From: Chrysomallon squamiferum
Taxonomy: Eukaryota > Animalia > Mollusca
NCBI GenBank assembly: GCA_012295275.1
Contig: CM022671.1
Coordinates: 20,894,001-20,958,000, forward strand
Length of the DNA stretch: 64,000 bases
Reading direction: 5' to 3'
Shown in pieces: positions 45,757 through 55,745 of the stretch. The notes beneath the pieces were generated by a model. That model did no database searches, was not told the origin of the DNA, and saw only the letters and a list, made by a program, of their open reading frames with translations. Each line of letters begins with the position of its first letter. The first letter of the stretch is position 1. A program made the position numbers and the translations under genes.

Positions 45757-47120
45757 TTTATGTATTTAAGGGCATTCACACGTTTTATATTGCCAATACA
45801 ATTAACTCCCACCTAGCCTAAAACTTAAAAATCTCTCTCCAACATAGCCAAAATGATGTTGGGATACCTGGGCCAAATGTTTTCATAGTAAATTGGTATT
45901 AAGGGCTATGGTCCGTTTTTATATTAAGTGAATATAGCTCAGTAAATAGCAGTACTCTGGTAGTGATGTACGGTTGAGTGAATAGAATACCGCAAAATAA
46001 CTAGATGGCACTGAGTGAACAGGTAGTCATGTACAGTTTGAAAGGCCGAGCTACATAAGTCATCATGGAAGTCGAATTTATTGACAACTACAAAGGGGAC
46101 ACTTCCTTCTACACAACGAGTTTCATTTCGGGTGTAAAAACCCGATATAAAGATACCACTTATTGGCGTTGTAGGCATCACACGAGAGGTTGCCTTGCAA
46201 CAAACAACTACTCAGAATAGAGTACTATGTAAGACAGGTCTGCCACCCAACCATGCTAGTGACCCTAGGGACACATGCCAGTTCAGGACTATGCCGATGC
46301 AGCTTCATTCTATATTAACTTTTTAATTGTTTCAATGCACATGTTTGAGAACCTCTTCACGGCTGTCGGTGAATTAATGAATGAATAAATCATTTGTTTC
46401 GGTATCGAAACGACGGTGTTTCCAGGTGATTTTTTCATTACATCCAGTGTATCATCCTATACTCACGAGAATCATGCAAACATGCCATCCTCTTTAGGGA
46501 CAATGCTGATGTCCAGAGGTATTGATACATACTATAGCACGAATACAATATACTGACCAAAGTTAACCCTATACCACCCAGCTCCTACCTAGCTAAAACC
46601 CAATGTTGTTGTAATAGATTGATATGGTTCGGTTTTTGGCTAGGTAAACTGTATTTTTATTTACAAGTCATATTAAAGTAAATTCCCCAATTACTAAGTT
46701 AATGTTCAGTACGTAATAGTTTGTTTTAACATCCACATCCATTGTTTTCGCACCCCTCGGTCATTTATTACAATCGGATATCACTGCATGATTCAAAGTG
46801 ACGGTCATACTTTGAAAGAACCAAAAAAAAAATGTAACACAATCCTTACAAGACCCAGGGGTAAGGAAACGGTAAACAAATTACTTTTATATTTATACAG
46901 ATAATTGAGAAAGACATATGCAGCCGTACTAGTATGATTGCAATTTGCACAAGGAATGTGACTTGACAGGTCTTCCTCCGTCTTGCATCCAGCATTAACG
47001 ATGATGAGTACAACAAAACCTGTTTTATTAGTAACCTCTTGTCAACACATTGCTCAACTTAACGTATTAACATTTAGCTCATTTGGATGGCAGTGGAATG
47101 TATCATATGTAACAACAATC

Positions 47121-47160
<40 letters not shown>

Positions 47161-48711
47161 TTTTGAGGTATCAAATAAGCTTAAACAAAAGAGAACGATA
47201 TCCGTTAGAATTGTATTATTGGTATACTTAGCACTGATATCACCAAGGAAATTTAGGGAGATCTGAAAAGTCTGTGAACGAATATTGAACTAGACAACTA
47301 TCTTAACAAACATTGATCCACCATGTTTTTGACTTTTGCGCTTTTCTAGGATTTAATTCTGTTTAGTCGTCAGATCTGAAGGTGGCTCAGTTCAATCGGT
47401 TTTCGTCTCTCTCTTGTCTTTTCTAGGTTTTTATTTTCGTTTAGCTTAAAAGTTCGTTGAAAGGGCTGATAACAAATAATTTAATTGTTTTTTTGTTTTC
47501 CCGGCGTTTCGTTAAACACCGTTTGAATTATCAAATGAAAGTAACGATTTTTTTTTCTTTCTTTTTCTCTTGCTGAGTTTATTTCTTTTAAAAAAAAATA
47601 ATAATCTGGATAGAGAGCATGCTTTTAACAGCATTAGAGTATTAATTATTATTTTATTTATTTATTTATTTATTTATTTATTTTATTTTATTTAATTTTA
47701 TTTCGTTTTATTTTAGTTTTCATAGACAAACACATATGACAATGGAGCGTAATTTAAATATAAATCAAATATTTGAATTATTTTCAAAATTATGTAGATT
47801 TAAAAATAATTGCTTTAATATTTTTTACAAACTACAATATAAAATTACTGAGACAAATACAGCTAATTACAAGATCTTTAAAACTTTATATTTTTTCATT
47901 TACTTATTTTTTACTTATTTTTAATATTTTTCTTCTTTCTTTTAATTTCTTTATTGTTATTTTTTTCTTAAAAAAATATAAAATAGTAATAATAATGATA
48001 ATATCAATAACATTAACCTAGTAATTTTGTACACAGTAATATATTTTAAGCTTCTCGTTTTAATCTATTTTCCATGAAAAGCATTAGAGAAATCTTATAT
48101 TAAATTAAATCCATTAAATCATCTTACACAAAAGAGATTAATCTATTCTTTACGTTTATCTAATCATTGTCTCCTTCACTTTTGAATAAATATATATTTG
48201 GAAATTACTGACAGATATATTCTTGTTCCTTATCCATTAGTTTTTGCTTTAGTCAGAATAAAAGATTATTTCATTCTGATCTTTTTAAGTGGGGGTAGAT
48301 AATGGGTTGGCTTTGAATTCTTTATTTTGAAATACGTATAATTACGTTTACGTATACTGAATGTGTTAATGGAAGAAACAAAGAAATAAACTTTTTAAAC
48401 TGATAAATATTAGCTACAAAACAAGATTAGTAGTAATAATAGTGGTAGTTCCTCGTTATATAGCAGTAGCAGTAGACCTAGTAGTAATAGTAAAACTATT
48501 TTTTTTGTTTACCTGTGTATTATATATATTCCATCTTTTTTTAACTTTTTTTTCTTCTAAATTATGTCAACTTCATCAACTTGTAGCAGCATGCATGATA
48601 TTATTTATTTATAGCTGATGCCCATGCTTTTTTACTTGTTGTCAGTGCCGCTGTTTTGTTGTTGTATTTTATCGTCTGCATATCACTAATATTCACGTCA
48701 CTTTTTAATAG

Positions 48712-49481
48712 ATGGCGCCACATCACTGCAAGGCACGAGACTGCAAGCCTCGACTGCTGCGCTGCACAAAAGAGGAAAGTCGCTGGCAATGCGCGCTGCT
48801 AGCAAATTTGAAACTGAGGACGCCGGTAAACAAGATATGTATAATTTAGACAACCAGGTGAAACGAGGGAAAAGACAGGCTGACTCGGTTCTTCAAAGTA
48901 ACAAGCCAGATGGTGTTTTACATTCCACAAAAAAACGGTCGTTTGACGCACCCTACTTTGTTGGAAAACGTTACGATGCGCCTTACTTTGTTGGAAAACG
49001 TTACGATGCGCCTTACTTTGTTGGAAAACGTTACGACGCGCCTTACTTTGTTGGAAAACGTTACGACGCGCCTTACTTTGTTGGAAAGCGCTACGATGCG
49101 CCCTATTTCGTGGGCAAGCGTCAATTTGCGCCGTATTTTGTTGGGAAACGTCAAGATGAGTTTGAAGAGAATCGTGAGAGTTCTCCTTATTTTCTTACTA
49201 AACGTCAAGAAGCTCCTTATTTTGTGGGCAAACGTCAGGATGTTCCTTATTTTGTTGGCAAACGGGAAGACGAGTCACATTTGCTTGGAAAACGCCAGAG
49301 GGTTATATCTGTCCGAGAGCTTCACAATTTGGTCAGAGCGCTTCGTGTTTACGGATCACTGAGACAGTTATTTCAAACAGACAAGCGACACGTTCCAATG
49401 TTTGTCGGGAGACGAAGCAGCCCGCCAGTACAGAATAACGGAGACGCATCTATAGACAGCGATGAATACTACAAACGATAA
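48712..49481 (+). CDS. MIP: Peptide exon A: Mytilus inhibitory peptide-related (PXFVamide) prohormone; spliced product 277 aa
   Basis: Branch-like CACTAAT (48684-48690) and ctttttaatag|AT acceptor. G+AT=Asp continues as GATSLQGTRLQASTAALHKRGKSLA into the listed ORF at 48789. Ten PXFV-G-dibasic peptides: SFDAPYFVa, 5x YDAPYFVa, QFAPYFVa, QEAPYFVa, QDVPYFVa, HVPMFVa. C-terminal PXFVamide is the hallmark of molluscan MIPs (GSPMFVa, GAPMFVa). Confidence 0.92.
48942..49151 (+). repeat. Coding 30-bp tandem repeat, 7 units (F/Y-DAPYFVGKR and QFAPYFVGKR)
   Basis: Unit TACGAYGCGCCTTACTTTGTTGGAAAACGT visible directly; outer units differ mostly at synonymous sites. Confidence 0.95.
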
Positions 49482-49545
49482 AATGAATACAAAAAAAAAA
49501 AGAAAGAGAAATGTATTGTGCTTAAAGTGTACCTGTGGCGGTACG

Positions 49546-49563
49546 AATAAATAGTCTAATAAA
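49546..49563 (+). terminator. Candidate polyadenylation signals after exon A
   Basis: AATAAA at 49546-49551 and 49558-49563, 65-80 bp after the stop codon, followed by T-rich sequence. AATAAA is common in AT-rich DNA. Confidence 0.5.
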
Positions 49564-49882
49564 AGTAGAAATAAGTCCAAGCTATTATTTTATTATTTTG
49601 GGCGGCCTATCGTTAGTTATAATAACAACAATAACAACAAAAGTACTGTAACAAAAACATCTGAACGTAGCCATTTTACCTCTTTACAACTTGATCGTGT
49701 ACCCGGGGATCTGACTGCTCTATTTTTCTGACTCTATAAGAAATTTTAGAGCAAACAGATCCGCTTTGTAGACGATGACGTCACGAGTGCAGAAACATGG
49801 CAGAGGTTTCTAAACAGTATTTTTTTGCTATTGTTGTTGTTATACTTATTTACTGATTAAGACTGTCGTCTGAAAACAAACA

Positions 49883-50219
49883 CAGGTTGAGCTACCCTTA
49901 TCCGATATTCTTGGAACCGGAACTGCTTAGGACTTCGGAATGTTTAGGATTTCTGAAAGTAAGGACATAACCAAAGAAAAGGTTATTTTTTTTAGTCTAA
50001 ACCAAATTCCATTTACATTTCACATACAGCTTAAACAATTAGTAGTCTGCTGAATTTTAGTATATAATAGTTTTAATAATTTTGTGCATAAAATAAAGTT
50101 TGTGTATACTGAACCTTCCGATAACTGTAAGATATTGCCATTTCGGCTGTTCGCAAAAAGTTTGAGATTTCGAAACTTTTCGGTGGTTTTGGAATTTCGG
50201 ATAAGTGATCCTCAACCTA
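49883..50219. mobile_element. Non-autonomous pogo/Tigger-type DNA transposon resembling Tigger4/MER46 (Zombi)
   Basis: Imperfect TIRs: left CAGGTTGAGCTACCCTTATCCGA, right (revcomp) TAGGTTGAGGATCACTTATCCGA; TA on the right flank, CA on the left. Termini and internal TTTTAATAATTTTGTGCATAAAATAAAGTTTGTGTATACTGAACC match my recollection of the Tigger4/MER46 consensus. Confidence 0.75.
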
Positions 50220-50611
50220 TAAAATTTCAACATGGAAGAATACAGAATATATTTAGACTATTTCTTCATATCTCCACAGGAACACTTTAACTTCTTTCAG
50301 CCAGCCACAAAGAAAAATCCTGCGCAGTGAAATATATTTAATTTTTTTTTAACAATATTTAAACAAAACAAAAACAATAAATAAACTCAAATTTCACTTG
50401 TGAATCCAAAAACTGTGGCATTGCATTAGCGGCCTTACATTAAAAAGGCGTTCTCTAGAGCCAAGCCAAATCTACGTAATCAACATATTTCATTTTGTGA
50501 AAAAAAAAAATAAAATAAAATTATCTATAAGCATGCCAAATTTAAGTATTTATTTCTTCTTCCTGTCTTTTTTTTTTTCCTTTCTTGTATATTTATCCAT
50601 TTTTCTTTTAG

Positions 50612-51561
50612 CTGTTCAGACATCAAAATGTTTTATTCCCTTTATAGATTCTCAGCAACCAAACCTTATTAAACCTGAAACATTATCTACAGAGAAGGAA
50701 CGATTTTATGATAGATCTCTTGCCAAAAACGAGATACTCAACTTTCCGAAGAAACGTAGTCAAACTGTAGTTCCTTCGTTCTTAAGAATAAGGGCCATCC
50801 TTCCCCAAAAGAAGCAGATATCTTTCCAGTTTCATCCAAAATTCCTCGAGAAGCCTCAACCGTATCCAAAATTCGTCGAAAAGCGTCAGTTTTATCCAGA
50901 ATTCGTCGGCAAGCGTCATTTGAATCCAAAATTCGTCGAAAAGCGTCAATATTATCCAGAATTCGTCGGCAAGCGTCCATATTATCCAGAATTCGTCGGC
51001 AAGCGTCATTTGAATCCAGAATTCGTCGAAAAGCGTCCATATTATCCAGAATTCGTCGGCAAGCGTCCATATTATCCAGAATTCGTCGGCAAGCGTCATT
51101 TGAATCCAGAATTCGTCGAAAAGCGTCCATATTATCCTGAATTCGTCGGCAAGCGTCATTTGAATCCAAAATTCATCGAAAAGCCTCAATATTATCCAGA
51201 ATTCGTCGAAAAGCGTTCATATTATCCTGAATTCGTCGGCAAGCGTCATTTGTATCCAAAATTCGTCGAAAAGCGTCCATATTATCCAGAATTCGTCGGC
51301 AAGCGTCCATATTATCCAGAATTCGTCGGCAAGCGTCCATATTATCCAGAATTCGTCGGCAAGCGTCAATTGTATCCTGAAATCATCGGAAAAACAACTG
51401 ATTCTCCAAAATTCGTCGGAACAAATGATTATTATCCGGAATTCGTCGGCAAGCGTCATATGCATCTTGAAATCTTCGGAAAAACAACTGATTCTCCGAA
51501 ATTCGTCGGAACAAATGATTATTATCCGGAATTCGTTGGTAAAAGGAACAATGAACACTGA
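50612..51561 (+). CDS. Peptide exon B: second PXFVamide-type prohormone region encoding PEFVamide peptides
   Basis: Open frame with 12 PEFV-G-KR motifs (QFY-, QYY-, 7x PYY-, SYY-, 2x DYY-PEFVa). Two phase-1 acceptors are in frame with the signal exon: ttttcttttag|CT (50612) and ttccctttatag|AT (50648). Alternatively a stand-alone ORF from ATG 50533. Stop TGA at 51559-51561. Confidence 0.82.
50827..51546 (+). repeat. Coding 30-bp tandem repeat, 24 units, ending in a 90-bp higher-order duplication
   Basis: Consensus CCATATTATCCAGAATTCGTCGGCAAGCGT spanning exactly 720 bp without indels. 51367-51456 and 51457-51546 are near-copies. Confidence 0.95.
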
Positions 51562-51678
51562 ACATAGTTTTCTTTTCAGAAAATACCTGTTCTGGTAACA
51601 TTTCTAACCAAGATAATGTAAAATAATATTAATTATGTTTTATTTTATTTTCAAACAGAGAGATATTTTTTTCTTGCA

Positions 51679-51759
51679 AATAAACCCAAAACATCAAAAC
51701 CACAGTGTTTTTGACTGAAAATGAAATATGTAAAATTATAATTTAAACATATCAATAAA
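51679..51759 (+). terminator. Candidate polyadenylation signals after exon B
   Basis: AATAAA at 51679-51684 and 51754-51759, followed by GT/T-rich sequence. Confidence 0.45.
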
Positions 51760-51810
51760 TGTATTAATTTATGAATTGTATTTGTTTTATTTTTCCTCTC
51801 TCCTTCATTG

Positions 51811-51902
<92 letters not shown>

Positions 51903-53898
51903 AATCTCTCTCTCTTTCTCTCTCTCTCGTTCTCTCTCTCTCTCGAAAAGGTTTCGATTTTCTCTCTCTCTCTCTCTCCTCTCTCGAAAAACGGAAATGG
52001 GTAGACGTTAAATAAAAAGTATTTTTTAGGTGGCCTTACGTTAATATAATAAATCAGCATCGAAAAGGTTTGCGATTTTGTTCCTTTAATAACCATCAGA
52101 CGTTGGTCAGAGGTAATAGTTTGTTCTCATAAACATACAACAGTATTTCAATGAAACTGTGATTTTAGTAATTATAAAGCAGTTATCGCATTACAAAATA
52201 GTATGTTCTCGCAAATAATTATGTTTTCATTTATATGTGAAAATAACTTGAAACGATTTTTAATTTAATATTAGTAGGTTGCCATGAAAACAGAAGATGC
52301 ATTCATATCATCCACAACAGCTTGAAATTCTCGAAATATGAATAACTGAATAATTGTTCTCTACTAAAATAGTGTTTGACACCTTTTAAACTTTAACACA
52401 TAACATTGTCCAAAAATAAAATCTAAGCAAATGACACTCTTTTAGAAAAAAACATACAATTAATATATCATCATCTTTATTCCATTATTTCAGTTTGTAT
52501 ATTACCATTTTCGATATAATTAATAATTTCATCTCACCGTATGAAGCTATATCCATTGTAAGTAACCGTTTTGAAAACAAAAGTCATGCCCATAGAATAA
52601 TGCAAAACTAACGTATGACAATATTACTGTAGTGAGCGCTGCCATTTCTTTCATACTTCAAAAATTGTCTGTTTCTGCAGTGATTGCAGTAAAGTTACAA
52701 TATATCATATCATTTTTCCGTAAACCATTTTAAGATACTAAGGTTAAGCTTTCGACCGATGATCCGTTGCGATTAAAATTATTATATAATATGCATTAAT
52801 TAAACAGCGTTAATCATAAATATAAATAATATGCAAATGGAATTGCTGAGATAAACGAACTGGATTTTTTTATGGTTTTTTAGTTTATTTATTTATTTAT
52901 TTAAGTTTTTAAAATTCAACTGCAAAATGCAGTAGTACTTCAGAATCATATTTGTTTTAGTAGGTGATGACGATGTAAACAATTAGCCTTGTATTTAAAA
53001 CTGTAATTAAATATTTTACTCTAAACAGACGGTTTTTATTATAGACAGAAACAAATATTAAACTATACAAGAATATTATAACGACTCTCTATAAAAGAAT
53101 TTGCGACATTATTAACTCTAATAACGAGCAAATATCAAATCCTAATTCTATAACATGCATCTCTGGAATAACCAGCCACCGAATCCGTGACAAAATAAAA
53201 ATTAGTTTTTTGTGATGTACCGAAAACTACAGAGGATTGCTTGTAAATAAAAACCTATATTTTTATGAGTTGCTGAACTAGATACTGGGCACATTTAATT
53301 ATGTGTTACGTGAATGTAACAAATATTAACTGGATAGACACATAACCCTAACTTAATCTGTGTGTCAGCGTCAAACAAAAGAAGACGAAAAAGACAAGCA
53401 TTGAAATTTAATCTCTTCACTGCCCGTACTTGGTAGACCGCCGAGTTTAAGTTTTAATTTTACAGTATGATACAATAATTTGCTAATTATAGTGTTATGT
53501 GGAATCACAACACTCAAAATTAGTACTTTTTGTTAATGAAGATATCCTCTAGTTGTCAAAACGATTCATTAAAAAAGACAGGATCAAATGTAATGTAAAC
53601 TGCAAATTGTAACTGAAATGTTTCCTTACGCTGGACCTCTGATAACTTCTAAATATTGCAGAAGCAGACAGTGGCAAGATGTCATGCTGGATACTATTCA
53701 GGTAGAAGATCTGTTATAATTGAGTCTGCTATTACAGCTGAAATGGAAATGAAGAAGTTAAAAATCGAATGCTTCTGAGGTCAGTGAAGGTACTAAAGAT
53801 GCTACTTGTAACTGTTTTAGTGGTTTTAATGACATCTTGTAGCGGTCGCGACTTTTTATCTTCTTCCTTACCGACAGCGACCATTTCAGCGGTCGCAG

Positions 53899-53998
53899 TA
53901 CACTGATTATAACAAATAATAATAATTTACTCTAGATAATTGTTATTTTACACTGATTATAACAAATAATAATAATTTACTCTAGATAATTGTTATTT
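53899..53998. repeat. Perfect 50-bp tandem duplication
   Basis: TACACTGATTATAACAAATAATAATAATTTACTCTAGATAATTGTTATTT occurs twice head to tail. Confidence 0.92.
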
Positions 53999-54109
53999 CA
54001 CTATCCAGTGTGTTTCTAAATTGTTCTGAGAACCTGAGAACCAGTAAATCACAAGAACGTTGTCAGATATTTTGATGGATGATACTCTGACGAATTGTAC
54101 TAAAACTAC

Positions 54110-54140
<31 letters not shown>

Positions 54141-55169
54141 AATGTGAATCTGATGTTTTACTATGCTTCAAGCAATAGATCACAATTAATTCGGGTTTAT
54201 TTTACACAAGAATGCTGTAAATGAAGTTAAAATAGAACTTTGAAACCTTACTAAACCTACCATGATGAACATCCATTTTTCTTCCGCATATCCCTATGAA
54301 CAATTAATATGTATATTATGCACTTCTTAATGTGTGTGCGGAAATTTACATAAGGATTAAAGTGGGGAATCTTTTTTTTCATAATACTTTTCTCAAAAAA
54401 AAAAAAAAAAAAAAAAATCTTCCGTTTAATATAGTGAGAATATACGGTTTTTGATTCCTCTTTGGGTTTTTTCAAAAATATTTCTAGTACATTGTTACAT
54501 CTGCAACTGATCATGAATTCTTTTAAAACACAGTCACATTATTAAATCTTTAGTTTGACAATGTCCTAGGAATATCGCGCCAGCCACATGCTGAAGAAGC
54601 TGAAGAAGCTGTTGTGGATTTGCAGTGGTATTTAGAAATAATGTATTGATACAAGACTTAAAAATGTAAAAGAACACTTGTCATGACATTTAATACACGA
54701 ACATATAATAACAAAGTAAAAACAACAAAACAAAAAACCATAAAAAATAACAACAACAATTAGTTGTGATGATTACGAAAAACAAAACACATAAGGAAGA
54801 GATTTGTTCTATTTTTGTTTTCTTTGTTTCTTCCACTCACCTTCTTTTTCATTATTAAGGAAAGAAATCGTCGATTTATTACATATACATATTTATTAAT
54901 GAAATATTTTTAAACTAATTATTTTAAAATTTCTACATTTTTGCCATTTGTTTTAAATTAATAACATTAATGAAAAAATATGATATTTCAAATGATTTCT
55001 TTTTAATTTCTTTTTAGTGTAATACATGATACAAAAATATGTCTAACTCTGTCGTCACAGAAATGATTTGTGTAATCTGTACCATTCAATATTAATAACA
55101 ATATTTCAGTTAATGCAGCTTTTCACCATTATCATTTTCATCGTCATTATCAGAAATAATAGTAGTAGT

Positions 55170-55358
55170 AGTAACAACAGCAGAAGTATTAATAGCAGTT
55201 CTAGTAGCAATAACAGCAGTAGCAGCAACAGTGAAATAGCATCTCAGTAATAATGATGGTAACAATAGCAGTTATAGCCGTAGTGGTGGTAGTAGTGGTG
55301 GTAGTAATAGTAGTAGTAGCAGCAGCTGTAGTAGAAGTAGTTATTAATATTGTTGTTG

Positions 55359-55410
<52 letters not shown>

Positions 55411-55589
55411 TTTATGTTTCAGAAAAACATTCATGTTATATATTACTTTCCATTTCATGGAATTCGAAATCAAATAAAAACCACAACAAAAAGTTCATTC
55501 AGATTCATTTTTCCACATATTTTCAGTTTATCTTAGATTATGATGATAATGATGATGATTATGATAACAACAACAATAACAACAATAAC

Positions 55590-55647
<58 letters not shown>

Positions 55648-55745
55648 TTAAAACAAATAAACAAACATTAAAAAAACAAACAAATAAACAAATAAATAAA
55701 TAAATAAATAAATAAATAAAATAAAATAAAATAAAATAAAATAAA
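55170..55745. repeat. Compound trinucleotide/AT-rich simple repeats (AGT, ATT, AAC, AAT, AAAT, AAAAT)
   Basis: Direct. Similar low-complexity blocks at ~255-490, 1780-1850, 2540-2850, 21510-21640, 31438-31514 and 33815-34085. Confidence 0.9.

Noticed and set aside
46380-46610. Possible Tc1 transposase remnant (FRDNA-like and PPSS-like translations)
   Set aside because: Too degenerate, no TIRs seen; cannot be supported without a tBLASTn/HMM search.
48789-48791. ATG of the listed 230-aa ORF as the true start
   Set aside because: No signal peptide follows; the frame is open back to the acceptor at 48712, which joins the signal exon.
48910-49362. Alternative-frame ORFs over exon A (TMRLTLLENV; VRRVVTFSNK)
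   Set aside because: Frame shadows of the peptide repeat; variation between YDAPYFVGKR units is synonymous only in that frame.
50497-50532. GTG start and KKKNKIK N-terminus of the 354-aa ORF
   Set aside because: Non-ATG start in a eukaryote, running through a poly-A tract; the first ATG is 50533.
50620-50656. Other AG acceptors (ttcag|50620, ctcag|50656) for exon B
   Set aside because: Phase 0, incompatible with the phase-1 signal exon.
50738-51601. Repetitive minus-strand ORFs (DACRRILDN, TLADEFWIIW)
   Set aside because: Antisense shadows of the 30-bp PEFVGKR coding repeat; no processing logic or signal peptide.
53841-53898. GCGACC/GGTCGC inverted motif as a transposon terminus or structured RNA
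   Set aside because: Only a 6-bp stem and no partner end or TSD found.
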